A stretch of DNA of 64,000 bases from Haliotis rubra (lineage: Eukaryota). Positions within the stretch are counted from its first letter, which is position 1. Each line of letters starts with the position of its first letter. Both the position numbers and the translations under genes were made by a program. Shown one piece after another: positions 13,301 to 24,388 of the stretch. The notes below the pieces were generated by a model. That model saw nothing but the letters and a program-made list of their open reading frames with translations, searched no databases and was not told the origin of the DNA. Location: the NCBI RefSeq assembly GCF_003918875.1, contig NW_025767293.1, forward strand, positions 186,001 through 250,000, given 5' to 3'.

Positions 13301-16300
13301 TGTCCTATAAGTGCCATCGCGTGGCGCGTAAAAAAAGAACTACGTCGCCCACGACGTCGCATAAAAAATACTAAGTCGACGACGTCGCCCGTTATTATTG
13401 TAGTCAAAGTATATTTTACAAAGCGACGTCGCGCAAGACGTCGTCTTTTTTTACGCGCCACGCGATGGCAATTATAGGACACCATAGATTCCTGTTTGCT
13501 TCATCGTTATCCTGATTCGGAAACAAGGAAAGCTAACTCAGGAGGACATGTGGTGGTGTGTGGTTCTGTGCACTAAGCCCAGGTCCCACATCAGTTGAAG
13601 TTAAGCAACGTTGGTCATGGAGAGTCCTTGGATGGATGACCATATCTGGCAGATTGACTCCTGAGAAGTTTTAGGACTTCAGTCCTGCCCCACAACGAAT
13701 CACATATGACACATGTGGTCTCACCTAGGCAAGTGAGTTTTTTAATAAATTGCCTCTGTCCACCAAGCAGTGAATGGGTACCCGGTGAGATAGGCCATAT
13801 GGCTGTTAACCTTCTTGCTCCTCACACGCTGCTTGGGTTATCCGGGGTAATAATGTATTACCGCCTTGGAAACAGGTGCTTTATAAATAACCATTATTAT
13901 CAATAATCATGAACATAACGTTGAAAACTTGGTTCTCATGACCATTATCACTCCGATGTTTGACATGTTGTCACACTTGTAACGTCAGAATGAATCATAA
14001 CATACATGTGGAATAACGGTCGTCTGACTCGTTACTGATTACTCTTCTGAGGTTTTGATGTTTACATTTAGAATCCCTTAAAACAAATATGTCAGAAAAT
14101 ATCAATATTAGAACCTACACTCTTCACATCGCTGACCTATCCATCCGTCTTTACATTGGTTGTTGCAGTTACCGGTGATGTGGTGACAGGTCCCTGGTTT
14201 ACATCCTCGGTTACACTTCTCAGTACAATCCTGTCCATAGGTACCCTCATCACAAGCTGCAGATGATAATGTGCATTTGTACATGTTAATGTTAATAAAC
14301 GGCAAAATACATTCTAGATAGACTAATAAATTTGGCTTCAAAGGACTACACACAAAAACACACACTCACAAACATACACACCCACTCACACCCACCCCAA
14401 ACCACCTCACTCACTAACCCACTCATCCACTCACCCACCCACACATCCACACACCCACTTACTCACTTACCACTCCACTCACACCACTGAACAACACCAT
14501 TTAAAATCCAATTCCAAAACAACCATTGACATGAAATGTGACTCGGACTTCATGCACCCACTCGCATCCACTCACAAACATCCACACCCACTCACATCCA
14601 TCCCCACCTCACTCACTCACTCACCTACCCACTCACTCACTCACACCACTGAACAACACCAGTTAAAATCAAATTCTAATACAACCATTAAGATGACATG
14701 TGACTCGGACTCCATGCACCACATGGAGTAATGGTAAATCCTCACTGTGTTCACAGGTGGGACCTGTCCATCCATCGTGACACTGGTTGTCACAGTCACC
14801 GGTGACGTGGTGGCAGGAACCTGGTTTACATCCTGTGCTACACATCCCTGTGCAGTCTTGTCCATACCTACCCTCATCACAAACTGCAGAGGAAAAATGT
14901 CACATCCCGTTGGAATTATCCTCGGTAATATTGTATTTGACCAATGTATAACATTTCATTATTGATATCATATTCATATATAATTGGTAGATTATGTTGT
15001 CAACAATAGCCAAATAGAACATGTGACGTAAACCCGACTGGCAAACCATTCACCAGAGTCCCTATACACAACGTGTTCAAGGCACAATATGGCTAATATT
15101 TTGCTGATGTACCTGAAAATATTACCTCACGCACCTAAACGATTCAGTGAACTGACGTCGAGTATAGCAGGTGTTTTGTGGCTTATATGGTTATATGACA
15201 ATGCTAGGTTAAAACTTAACTCACTCACTCACTGACTCGCGTGCGACATACTTGATGTGCAGTTGGTTCCTGTCCAGCCAGCTTTACATGCGCAGCTTCC
15301 GTCAGTAGCGTTACAGATTCCTCCCTGACACCCAGCTGCACACCCGGTACAGTTTTGTCCGTCCATGTAAAAGCCGTCCTTGCATTCTGGAAGTAGGAAG
15401 ACTGTTCCTGTGACCAGTTATAAGTTTTATCGACTTTATAAAGGTATAAAGTTATCTTGAACATAACAGGTAGAAACACTGACTACTTACAGTGAAGAGT
15501 TATGCATACAGATGGATACACTCATCGCATGCAGTGCACAGTAATACCAATAATAGATTGTAATACCAACTGCATTAAGGTATACCAACTGCAGCCCTGA
15601 TTATCTGTAGCGTTATAACACTAATTGCACGGTAAGGCATATGGATTCCAACACTAATTGAATTCAGTACTCAGTGAGGCATACGGATTTACACAAATCA
15701 GGTATGCGGATTCTGCCATCCATAACATGTAGGATACTGTAAGCAACACGCATTGATTGAATGTAGCTTACAGTATACGGATTGTAACACTGATAAAGTG
15801 CAGGGCACAGTAAAGAATACAGATTATAACACTGATTATGTGTACCCCACAGTAAGGTATAAGTATTGCAACACGGGTCACATGACAAATATCCTAAGAA
15901 TTTATAACTCATACAGAATGTACAAAATAACACGTTTGCAAATAAATATTACATTTCGACATAAATATGTAAATAAATGTAGACTTTACATACTGTGGCA
16001 GCCAGTTCCTGTCCAGCCAGCTCTACAGGTACAGTTGCCGTCTCCAGAGTCACACACGTCCCCCTCGCATCCACCACCACATTTCACACAACCGTGGTCG
16101 TTTCCGTAGAAGCCGTCCATGCATTCTTTAAACAAAGCCTTGTGTCGGATAACGACGGATAATCAGGTTGTTAAAATAAATAAAAGCGAAAAAACATGAA
16201 CATAATCATAAGATAAAGTCACCTGTACAATTTCGATTATCACCACGCTCTCTTTAAACAAAGGCTTATGTTAACGACTAATAATCAAAGTATTAAGAAA

Positions 16301-19300
16301 CAATCTTAAATGCAAGCGAACAGAAAAATGAACATAATCATGAGATAACGTCCACTGTACAATTTCGAATATAATCATGCTCTCTTTAGACTGACCAATC
16401 TTAGTTTACGTCATTTTTTATCATTTTAATATTTGTATATTTTCCTCGGACAAGTCTGCAAAACATATTCAGAAACACTGAGTACATTGCAGTAAGGAGG
16501 ATGGTAGGGACATGACTGATGTCCCTTAAAACGATGAAATGGCGTTCTAGCTACACTGCTTTTATTGTATGTTTAGAGGGATTGTTAACAAATTTCTATT
16601 TCTTCGTATTGCAGTGTTAAGCTACCTTAACAGCACTATTTAACACATAATTTTCGAGAAAGAAACATTTGAAGTAAATCAAATCAAACTTTGATTTTTT
16701 TTTATTTTATGCTTTGGTCAATCGTACCTATCGTGCACCCATGTCCAGCCCAGCCAGGTGCACAGCTGCAGCGGCCGTCAGCAGCGTCACATTCTCCACC
16801 GTCACATCCGTCTCCACACTCTGTACATGCCTCTCCTTCCGTATAGAACCCAGGTGGACAGGCTGATACACAAAGACTCTGTTGAATTCCATTTTGCAAA
16901 CTTGAAACCGCGGAATTTGAGATGCAATGTCGACTAAAGGATCCATTGAAAGAAATTAACTGGTGGATGATCAAATCAAACTTCCTATGCTGTCTGAGAA
17001 TTATATCATGTTGATTGCCTTCGTCATTCTATAAAACTAGTGAATTGATATTAGATTGTTTGTTTGTCTGTTTAACGCTGCACCCAATATTCCAGCTACT
17101 AGTATATGGCTATCAATAATCGAATCTGGACCAGACAGTCCAAATATTACGACAAGCACGATATTGGAAAGGTTGAAAAGGGAATCCAATTGCTATTATA
17201 CAGCTTATTTAGACAAAGGTGTTACAAAACCGGTGTGTAAAGGATGGAATGCAACGACGAATTGGTAGTAAACGTAGAACTAGTAAACCTTGGTTTGGCG
17301 CTGAATGTGAATTTAAAAAGAAAGTCAGGTGCAGGACTTTGAATAAATCCAAAAAAGATAAGGGACCCGTTTCCCTCCGCGAATACGTGCATGCTAGAAA
17401 TAGTATGATGCTAATTGTCAAGTTAAAAAAGAACAACATCATGAACACAAACTTCGCTTGTTAGAAGAGTCACTTGAAAATCCTGAACGTTTTGTGGAAG
17501 TAATAAAAAAGTTTAAAATCCAACTTTATAGAAAATACTATTCCAAGTCATGAGTGGTACGATCACTTCAAAACTTTATTTAATGTTTCATACCCTGAGA
17601 AAGAATATATTTGTAACATGTTCAGGCCTTCCTCTGATTTTATTATGGACACTGATGTTGAAGATGAAATAACAACTGATATTCTAGATGCACCAATTTC
17701 AGAAGTTGAAATAAGAGGAAGTATTCGACATCTGAAGAATGACAAATCTGCAGGAATAGACAATATTATACCAGAGTTTTTCAAGAACGCGGAAGATGTG
17801 CTTACACCTTACCTACTAGTAATATTTAACATTAAGCTCGAAAATGCAACCTTCCCAGAACCATTGGATGCTGGTATTATCATTCGGTGTAACTACTTAA
17901 ATGATGTGCAACTAAACTATTGCCTTTGTACGTGTTTGAGATTTTTGTCGTGATCGACTGATAAATTACTGTGCATTATAAACACTGAGTGATTCTCTTA
18001 AGGTTAAGCTACAGAATAGCGTTTTGTCATACGATAGATATGACAAAACCATTGTTTCAGTTCATATTCACGTCAGTAAAAATAGCTATAATGAGTGTGA
18101 GAATAGTCTGAAAATTGGCACTGTTATTAATTAAAGCAATTATGGCCACAACGGCATGATACCACCAAGTCGGCGACATATATATTATAAATGGCAACAC
18201 AAAAATACATACATATGTGGTTGCACTACTTATGACTAATAATTCTTTTTGTATTCAAACGTTGAGAATATAAATCATGAATGAAGGGCACATGAATAAA
18301 CTCTATTAGTGAGAAGACATAACTATGCATATGTTTTATGTGTGTGTGTGTGTGTTCGTGTGTGTGTGTGTGTGTGTGTTCGTGTGTTGGGGGAGGGGGG
18401 AGTGTTTAGTTTAAAAAAAAATTATTCACAAAGTGAAAAGGATCGAGGTCAAGTTCTTGCAACTTATAAAACCCCTCTCCAAAGATATTTATAATACCTA
18501 AATATTACATCACAAGCAATTATTAGAAACACAGACAGAGGAAGATTGACAGTTCAGGGTAAGTTATATGATACAAAAGATGTATAGAAAGAAGACTGAA
18601 GTGTGTGTGGGGGTGGGGGTGATAGCCATGGCTTTGTAGTTTATGGCTGATTTAATAGTTTATACATTGGTCCTACCCACAGCTTAAAGATCGTCCTTGA
18701 GTCAGTGAGATGGGACTGTGCTCATAAGAGTTCATTTACCCATTGCCATTTTATCAGAATGTAAACATCTAAAGCGCTATTGAATCTGATTAATATCTAG
18801 AGCATGCTGATGCTGCATCGAATGTATACACACAAAAAACAATCATGTCGAAACAAAGCCACATGGAGTCAGCTCAGTTTCCTTGCTGCCTGGCCGTTAT
18901 GAAAGGTTACCTAGCTGTGTCACCAGCATGTCACACTGTATGACATTCCTTAATGTAATATCGCCATTGAAAAAGGAGTCTTATTGGCTCATTTGTAAGT
19001 GCAAACATTGGATAATGTGAAGGCCTGGGGGAATAAAACTGTTAATTGTCACTGGCATATGTAGTACTGTAAATGTGTCTAGTATTCTGAAACACTTTCG
19101 AAACATATTAAAAGTGAAAATACGGGTTAGAGAGAATCTCCAGCAACCCATACTTGTAGGGATCGGCAGGTCAGGCTCGCTGACTTGGCTGACACATGTC
19201 CTCTTATCCCAATTGCCTATATCGATGGCACTGATATTAAGCACTGGATTGCCTGGTCCAGATTCTATTATTTACAAACCGACATCATACAGCTGGAATA

Positions 19301-20667
19301 TTGCTGAAGGCAGCGTTAAACAACAAACAAACTGATGACGCATATTCGAATATATGTAATATTTGGGCCACAAAATCCACATTAAGTTCATATATGTTAA
19401 GGGGCTTGAGGTTGGAACAAATATTACGGTTATTGTGAGTTATAAACAACATAATTCACCACGAAAGTCAATGTTGCTGAAAGACATTTTGAATCACTTG
19501 GCTGGGAGGGGGTTAAAAGCGGCCGACAATAGAATACTGTAGTCATCACTCTACAGAAGTAGCAAAGGTTTCAACATACTCAGTGTACAGTAGACTCCTA
19601 GCCAGCCAGGCCTACAGGTACATTGTCCGTCTTCGCTGCTGCAGCCACCATCACAGCCCTCACTGCATTGTCCACGGCAGTCAACCCCATAACTCCCAGT
19701 CTCACATTCTTGGAGCAATTAAAGAAACAATAGACAGTTTAATTAAAATATATACTATCACGATGTAAGGGTGTTATACCCTTTTATCAGTTGTTAAATG
19801 TTGCAATTCATTTCTGTTAAATATTCAATATACATGTTGTACACCCTTTTATCAGTTGTTAAATGTTATAATTCATTTCTGTTAAATATTCCATATACAT
19901 GTTGCACACCCCTTTTGTCAGTTGTTAAATATTGCAATTCATTTCTGTTAAATATTCAGTATATGTTGTACACCCCTGTTATCAGTTGTTAAATGTTATA
20001 ATGTCAATTAAGAAACAGTATGTGTCTCCCTGTAAACAGATATAACTGCAGATATGGAGTTAAAGTAATATCAACTCGCTCACTATGAAAATTTGATTAG
20101 ACTCAGGAACTAAAGCTTGTTTTGCTACATGGTGTATTTTTCATATTAGATATACATTTTCTAAAATACTTTACAGTTCCAGTTATACGTGTTCAATGGT
20201 CATAAACCTATGGCTATCAGAATTATCAAAAGCCTGTGGGTGAGTGAGTGAGTTGGGTTTTACGCCGTGTTTTGCAATATTCAAGCAATATCACGGCGGG
20301 GGAAAATAGAAAATGGCTTCACACATTTTATCCATGTAGGGAATCGAAGGCGGGCCTTCGGCCTGACGAGCGAACTCTTTAACAACTAGGCTACCTCATC
20401 CCCCTGTCAAGAGCATTGTAATACTTTCCAGATAAAGGCAGTATATGAGTATATTCCGTTATTATAGCATACGATAGTAACAATTATATTTTTAACTGCA
20501 ACAAAAAAGTACAATCGAAAAAGCATATGAGAAATACAACAGGAGAGATTGAGCATGAGAAATGCTTACACTGAATGATATAGTGGAGGGCAGTGGTGAA
20601 AGTATCACTTACCAGCGCTTGGCTTACACTGAAGCAAGAAAAACCAAAGTACAAAGAAGCAGTGCAT
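7254..20667 (-). CDS. Multi-EGF-repeat type I membrane receptor (MEGF10/Draper/SCARF-like ectodomain), 14 coding exons, about 594 aa
   Basis: Exons 20667-20613, 19708-19580, 16862-16728, 16125-15994, 15386-15252, 14883-14746, 14256-14119, 13145-13014, 12563-12429, 10655-10521, 10153-10016, 9803-9666, 8594-8480, 7383-7254. All junctions are GT-AG and phase compatible; total 1785 nt open to TAA. Confidence 0.88.
7863..8024 (-). mobile_element. SINE family A copy
   Basis: tRNA-like head, TSD ataactttact. Confidence 0.9.
8480..8594 (-). CDS. EGF gene exon 13 (stalk and transmembrane helix)
   Basis: tttttcacag| TELVEHEEQDIASPKLFFWVWIIIIVVLTFGFLACLN(R) |gtgaga; phase 1 to 2. Confidence 0.88.
8937..9185 (+). 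mobile_element. SINE family B, full length
   Basis: Conserved ~250-bp body ending gctggaatattgctgagtgtggtgtcaaactaaac(tcac)n. Confidence 0.9.
9666..9803 (-). CDS. EGF gene exon 12 (EGF-like module 11)
   Basis: CIDGTYGRNCSGLCSRGCTPGSCHHVTGDCNSQCKDGWTGPRCEE; 138 nt, phase 1-1. Confidence 0.92.
10016..10153 (-). CDS. EGF gene exon 11 (EGF-like module 10)
   Basis: CDAGTFGRDCAQKCNPGCKPGTCHHITGDCNYQCKDGWTGRRCEH; 138 nt, phase 1-1. Confidence 0.92.
10521..10655 (-). CDS. EGF gene exon 10 (EGF-like module 9)
   Basis: CNDGTYGHECTQTCTTCLPESCHHVTGDCDNQCQDGWNGQRCKQ; 135 nt, phase 1-1. Confidence 0.92.
10651..11200. repeat. 56-bp minisatellite, about 9 copies, overlapping the exon 10 acceptor
   Basis: Unit tgtgatacaagtgttcactgtaagcagtgcaaggtgcatcagaagccatggcactc. 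Confidence 0.95.
12429..12563 (-). CDS. EGF gene exon 9 (EGF-like module 8)
   Basis: CKDGFYMDGQNCTGCAAGCQGGICNATDGSCTCRVGWTGTNCTS; 135 nt, phase 1-1. Confidence 0.92.
13014..13145 (-). CDS. EGF gene exon 8 (EGF-like module 7)
   Basis: CGDGFYVDGDSCVDCGAGCVRETCNVANGSCSCRDGWTGSNCN; 132 nt, phase 1-1. Confidence 0.92.
13295..13487. mobile_element. Palindromic MITE
   Basis: About 45-bp TIRs ctatggtgtcctataa.tgccatcgcgtggcgcgtaaaaaaaga; apparent 4-bp TSD attc. Confidence 0.85.
13541..13905 (+). mobile_element. Old SINE containing a 5S-rRNA-like segment and an L2-like tail
   Basis: gaagttaagcaacgttgg...cttggatggatgacc resembles the 5S internal control region; central ctctgtccaccaagcagtgaatgggtacc; tail gtgctttataaataaccattattat. 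Confidence 0.6.
14119..14256 (-). CDS. EGF gene exon 7 (EGF-like module 6)
   Basis: CDEGTYGQDCTEKCNRGCKPGTCHHITGNCNNQCKDGWIGQRCEE; 138 nt, phase 1-1. Confidence 0.92.
14355..14722. repeat. (CACT/CACC)-rich tract with a two-copy duplication
   Basis: ctcacaccactgaacaacacca...atgtgactcggact.catgcacc at about 14478 and 14640. Confidence 0.8.
14746..14883 (-). CDS. EGF gene exon 6 (EGF-like module 5)
   Basis: CDEGRYGQDCTGMCSTGCKPGSCHHVTGDCDNQCHDGWTGPTCEH; 138 nt, phase 1-1. Confidence 0.92.
15252..15386 (-). CDS. EGF gene exon 5 (EGF-like module 4)
   Basis: CKDGFYMDGQNCTGCAAGCQGGICNATDGSCACKAGWTGTNCTS; 135 nt, phase 1-1. Confidence 0.92.
15994..16125 (-). CDS. EGF gene exon 4 (EGF-like module 3)
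   Basis: CMDGFYGNDHGCVKCGGGCEGDVCDSGDGNCTCRAGWTGTGCH; 132 nt, phase 1-1. Confidence 0.92.
16728..16862 (-). CDS. EGF gene exon 3 (EGF-like module 2)
   Basis: CPPGFYTEGEACTECGDGCDGGECDAADGRCSCAPGWAGHGCTI; 135 nt, phase 1-1. Confidence 0.92.
   Translation of the reverse strand, partial: PVHLGSIRKERHVQSVETDVTVENVTLLTAAAAVHLAGLDMGAR
17150..17885 (+). mobile_element. Degenerate LINE ORF2 fragment (pre-RT region), intronic and antisense to the gene
   Basis: KPWFGAEC and LDAPISEVEIRGSIRHLKNDKSAGIDNIIPEFFKN...YLLVIFN...FPE motifs, broken by frameshifts. Confidence 0.8.
19115..19331 (+). mobile_element. SINE family B copy (diverged)
   Basis: Aligns to the other B copies. Confidence 0.8.
19580..19708 (-). 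CDS. EGF gene exon 2 (EGF-like module 1)
   Basis: CETGSYGVDCRGQCSEGCDGGCSSEDGQCTCRPGWLGVYCTL; 129 nt, phase 1-1. Confidence 0.9.
19775..20002. repeat. About 65-bp tandem repeat, about 3.5 copies
   Basis: Unit acccttttatcagttgttaaatgttgcaattcatttctgttaaatattc... Confidence 0.9.
20241..20404 (-). mobile_element. SINE family A copy
   Basis: Aligns to the other A copies. Confidence 0.85.
20613..20667 (-). CDS. EGF gene exon 1 (signal peptide)
   Basis: ATG at 20667; MHCFFVLWFFLLQCKPSA then G|gtaagt, phase 1. Confidence 0.82.
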
Positions 20668-21164
20668 TGCAAGCCCAACACACTCAATCAGCCAGCGAAT
20701 GTCAAACTAAAGCTTATGATTGGGGCACTTAATGGACGTCGATGCATTGCTATTAAGCAAAGAGTTGTGTTTTGTTCCCTGGTGTGTGCTGATTCACTAC
20801 ACTGTTGATCTTTTGCCGATCAGTCATCGTTGCACTCAGTAGGAACCATAGCCACAAATATGTGAAAAGAAACATAAAAGATATGTGCATCCCTTTAGAA
20901 GATAATGATTAAGAACAACCCACTCATTTGTGATAATTAACTACAAGCGCTGAATCTTTCAATAAGTTGTACGATTTGTTGGGTTTTGTTCGTTACGAAA
21001 AATACACGTTTGGAAGTTATTCTTTTGGTAACTTCTTTCTTGAAAAAATATGTGATGCATGTTTATTTCAGCAATTAAGATTTGGATGTCATACAGTCTA
21101 CAGAGTTTAAACTGCTGCTGGAACAAACACCAATCAATGTGAAACTGGAAGTCTACCAGTTGGT

Positions 21165-21305
21165 CGGTTAGTTGATGGTTAACGCCTCAATCAGCAGTAT
21201 TCCAGCCATTATGCGGCGGTCTGTAAATAATCGAGTCTGGACCAGACAATCCAGTGATCAACAGCATGAGCATCGATCTACGCAATTGGGATACAATGAT
21301 TTGTG
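21165..21305 (-). mobile_element. SINE family B, 3' part
   Basis: Aligns to the other B copies. Confidence 0.85.
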
Positions 21306-21510
21306 GTAAGTATATCAGACTGCAGAAACATATTTAGTGATATCAATCCCAATTGCAAGTAGAGACAGCGGATAATTCACAAGACTTATATGTCATCAGT
21401 GATATATGACAAATGATCACCTGTAATATGTTGTTACAATCACCAAGATCAATGTAGGAATACTCATTGTTCTAATACAGGTGACAGGGATACTGACGGT
21501 CGTACATCCT

Positions 21511-21620
21511 GGGACTACTTTCACGAAGCAACCTTGACTAAGGTTTACCTTAACTCCCATTCATTGTACTAAGGTTTCCTTAGTAACTTACGATCACCTT
21601 AGTGCTTCGTGAAAGGAGGT
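21511..21620. mobile_element. Small palindromic MITE (second copy at 37957-38075)
   Basis: ctttcacgaagca...tgcttcgtgaaag inverted ends. Confidence 0.75.
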
Positions 21621-24388
21621 TGGTTGGTTTTATAGTTTTAGGGCGACGTGGGCCAATAAGAGGCCTATTTACGCCCAACACATTGACTTGATTTAATCAA
21701 CAATCATAGGTAATATCATCGCCAAAAGGAATAGTTCAGTTAAGATAAAAGAAACGACAACACTATTAATATTAATTTGGATAGAAGTATACATATGTCG
21801 AATAACCTCTGCTTTGTGTTACGGATTAAAAACCTTAAGTAATCACTTTCATTTCTGAAACATGAAATACTCATTCATTACAAAAAGCAGTAGGTTCAGA
21901 TGACAGAGTGTTAAAATGATTTAAAACCACAGAACTAAATGTGAAAGGAGGCCCTGGTGTACAAGTATTTCCCTTGGTCCGAAAGCACGTGTTTGGTTGA
22001 GGGAACTGATCCCAGTCTAGTGCCGATTAAATCACTGGTATGTCAGCACCAAACCCATCTCATGCTGATAGTCAAGAATGTCTTCGCCCAGTTGAATCGT
22101 TTCAATTCGCTTTGCCTAGTTCGGAATATTACAGTTTTGACCAGGATCCGCTGATGCGAGTGCCACATGAAACTGATCTTATCAACACTACATCCGTTAT
22201 CATAATAAATAACAAAGGTGACACGGTCAACGACCTGTGTCACTCTAAACGAACTGCCCGGAGAATTTTTTATTGTATTTAGATCACCAACCATATTTTG
22301 TCAAATGTGGTAACAAAGAGTGCCTTGCTTTGTAATTGATTGCTAATTACAGGTCAATTCTTCAATCACATTTAACATGCGACAGATTTAAACGACGTAA
22401 GAAATTGTGACATACTCTAATCATCTCATCTTACGAAGGGATTATATGCCTCACGCAGCTTTATTCAAATTATATGTGAAGGCTTGTGAACAGTGTACCA
22501 GTCGAGGAGCGGACACTATTTGAAATGATTTTATGCCCAAAGAACCACACTGCAGATGTCTCCAAGCTAGCGGGACGTCGCTAAACTGGCATGGCTGCTT
22601 CACTTCAGGCTAAGTCTAAACGTGCGCCTAACACTTCAGACAAATAATTGGCAATATAACTGTAGAGCAGTGAAACGCTCTTAAAATATCAAAACACCCA
22701 ATGTGTCCTGACATGGATCCTGGCCCGCTGCACCACTCGTCATTAGTAGCACTTCCATTTCGACAAGCACACACTCTGAACAAACAAGTCCTGATGTGTG
22801 TGTACAAACATGTAACTAATAAGACTAAAAATAACTCTACATTGCAGCCACGTCATTCTTTAGTTTGGAAACTACAAGATGTTTGCATAAACGTTTCAAG
22901 TGCTTTGTATATTCATACAGCATTCCTGTCATTTTGTATGCAATTATAACCATAGAGGATTTGGAATACTAAACGATTATAAGAAATGGGACCAATCAGT
23001 TTCCTAACATAGCTTACAATGTCGCAGCTAGTAGAGACAAACAATTTGTAAATGCAGTACATGAAGATGGAATGCAATATAGTGAAATGGACTATGGCGG
23101 GCACACGATAATCCAGGGACATACATAAGTTAGAAACTAAGCTGGGATATTCTGAACCTTAAACGGCCAAACTGTAAACGGACCAAACAAGTTTGTAGAT
23201 GTATTCTAGAAAGAAAGAAAATATAAAGAATCTGATGTATGTGCATGTAGGATATTTCCCACGATACCACCAGGAAGTCAGCGTGAATTGTATATAGTCA
23301 GTGTAACGTCCAGGTAACGAATAATAATGATAATACCAGGTCCATTTGTCATGCACATTTCACCATGCACAATGCATGCTCGAAGCTCCCAAACAATCTG
23401 CCAGTTACCTATGATGACGAAACCTGGAACTCATTCAACCCATGTAATGTGTTGCAATAATAAAAACCGCATAGGTCATTGAAGTATTTTCTACATAATA
23501 CTTTCATAACCTTATCACCAGTACAATTACATTTTCACTTGATATGCGTACAATTTGACACGATGAAAGTTGTGTGATAGTTTGTTGACAGCCAAGCGGT
23601 GTTACTACAGATCAGCAATGCTATAGCAATGACGCAGCGTCCTACATGAGGTTTACCACATCACTGTGTAAAACATGATCCTACAGCAAGATGTAAAAGC
23701 GGTTTACTAACATGTTTTCACTTCCAAATAACATGGGTAATGATAAATTGTATTGTTGTTGCTATTATAGCTGTTTAACGCGCTGTCTAATGTCCTAGCT
23801 TTAAGACAGCGGTCTGTCCTGGTGATTGACATCATCAGCATCAATCCACGCAACTGAGATGCGATGATATGCAAGTCACTCTGCCTGACCATAGGATCCA
23901 TTAGGAGGAGCGTAGGTCGCTGTGTACCTCTGTTCCTACCAACACATCAGCTGTAATTCTGTAGTGGGTCTAGTGCCGGATGAACGGGCGGTAAACGTAC
24001 ACTTAACTACTTCCGTAATCTGAATGGCCCATGCCACATCATACTTCATTCGTACTGATACAGCCCGCTCACAATGGATATGTATGATACTGGCTTGTAC
24101 AAACCATTCGTTACTCGTCTGGGATCAGGAGGCAATACACCAGTTCTAGTATTGCGAAAGCTAAAATGGAGTTATTTAATCACCTGATATCTATTTGTCC
24201 TTCTAGACAAACCAAACTCCTTAAGCTTGATAATAACGTAATAACTTAATAACTTTCTTTGTATCTACTCGGTGTACATAAAAGGGGCCTTACGACCCTT
24301 GACAGGCACGCAAGGGGTAGACGATACCAGTACCAGGCGAAAATGCAACAGTTACTTCATTTAGCAGTCATCAAATCATTCTAAACAG

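Noticed and set aside
13590-13645. 5S rRNA gene
   Set aside because: Only a short diverged segment embedded in a SINE.
22138-22180. Hammerhead ribozyme (ctgatgc...gaaac)
   Set aside because: The core deviates from CUGANGA and I cannot build the three helices.
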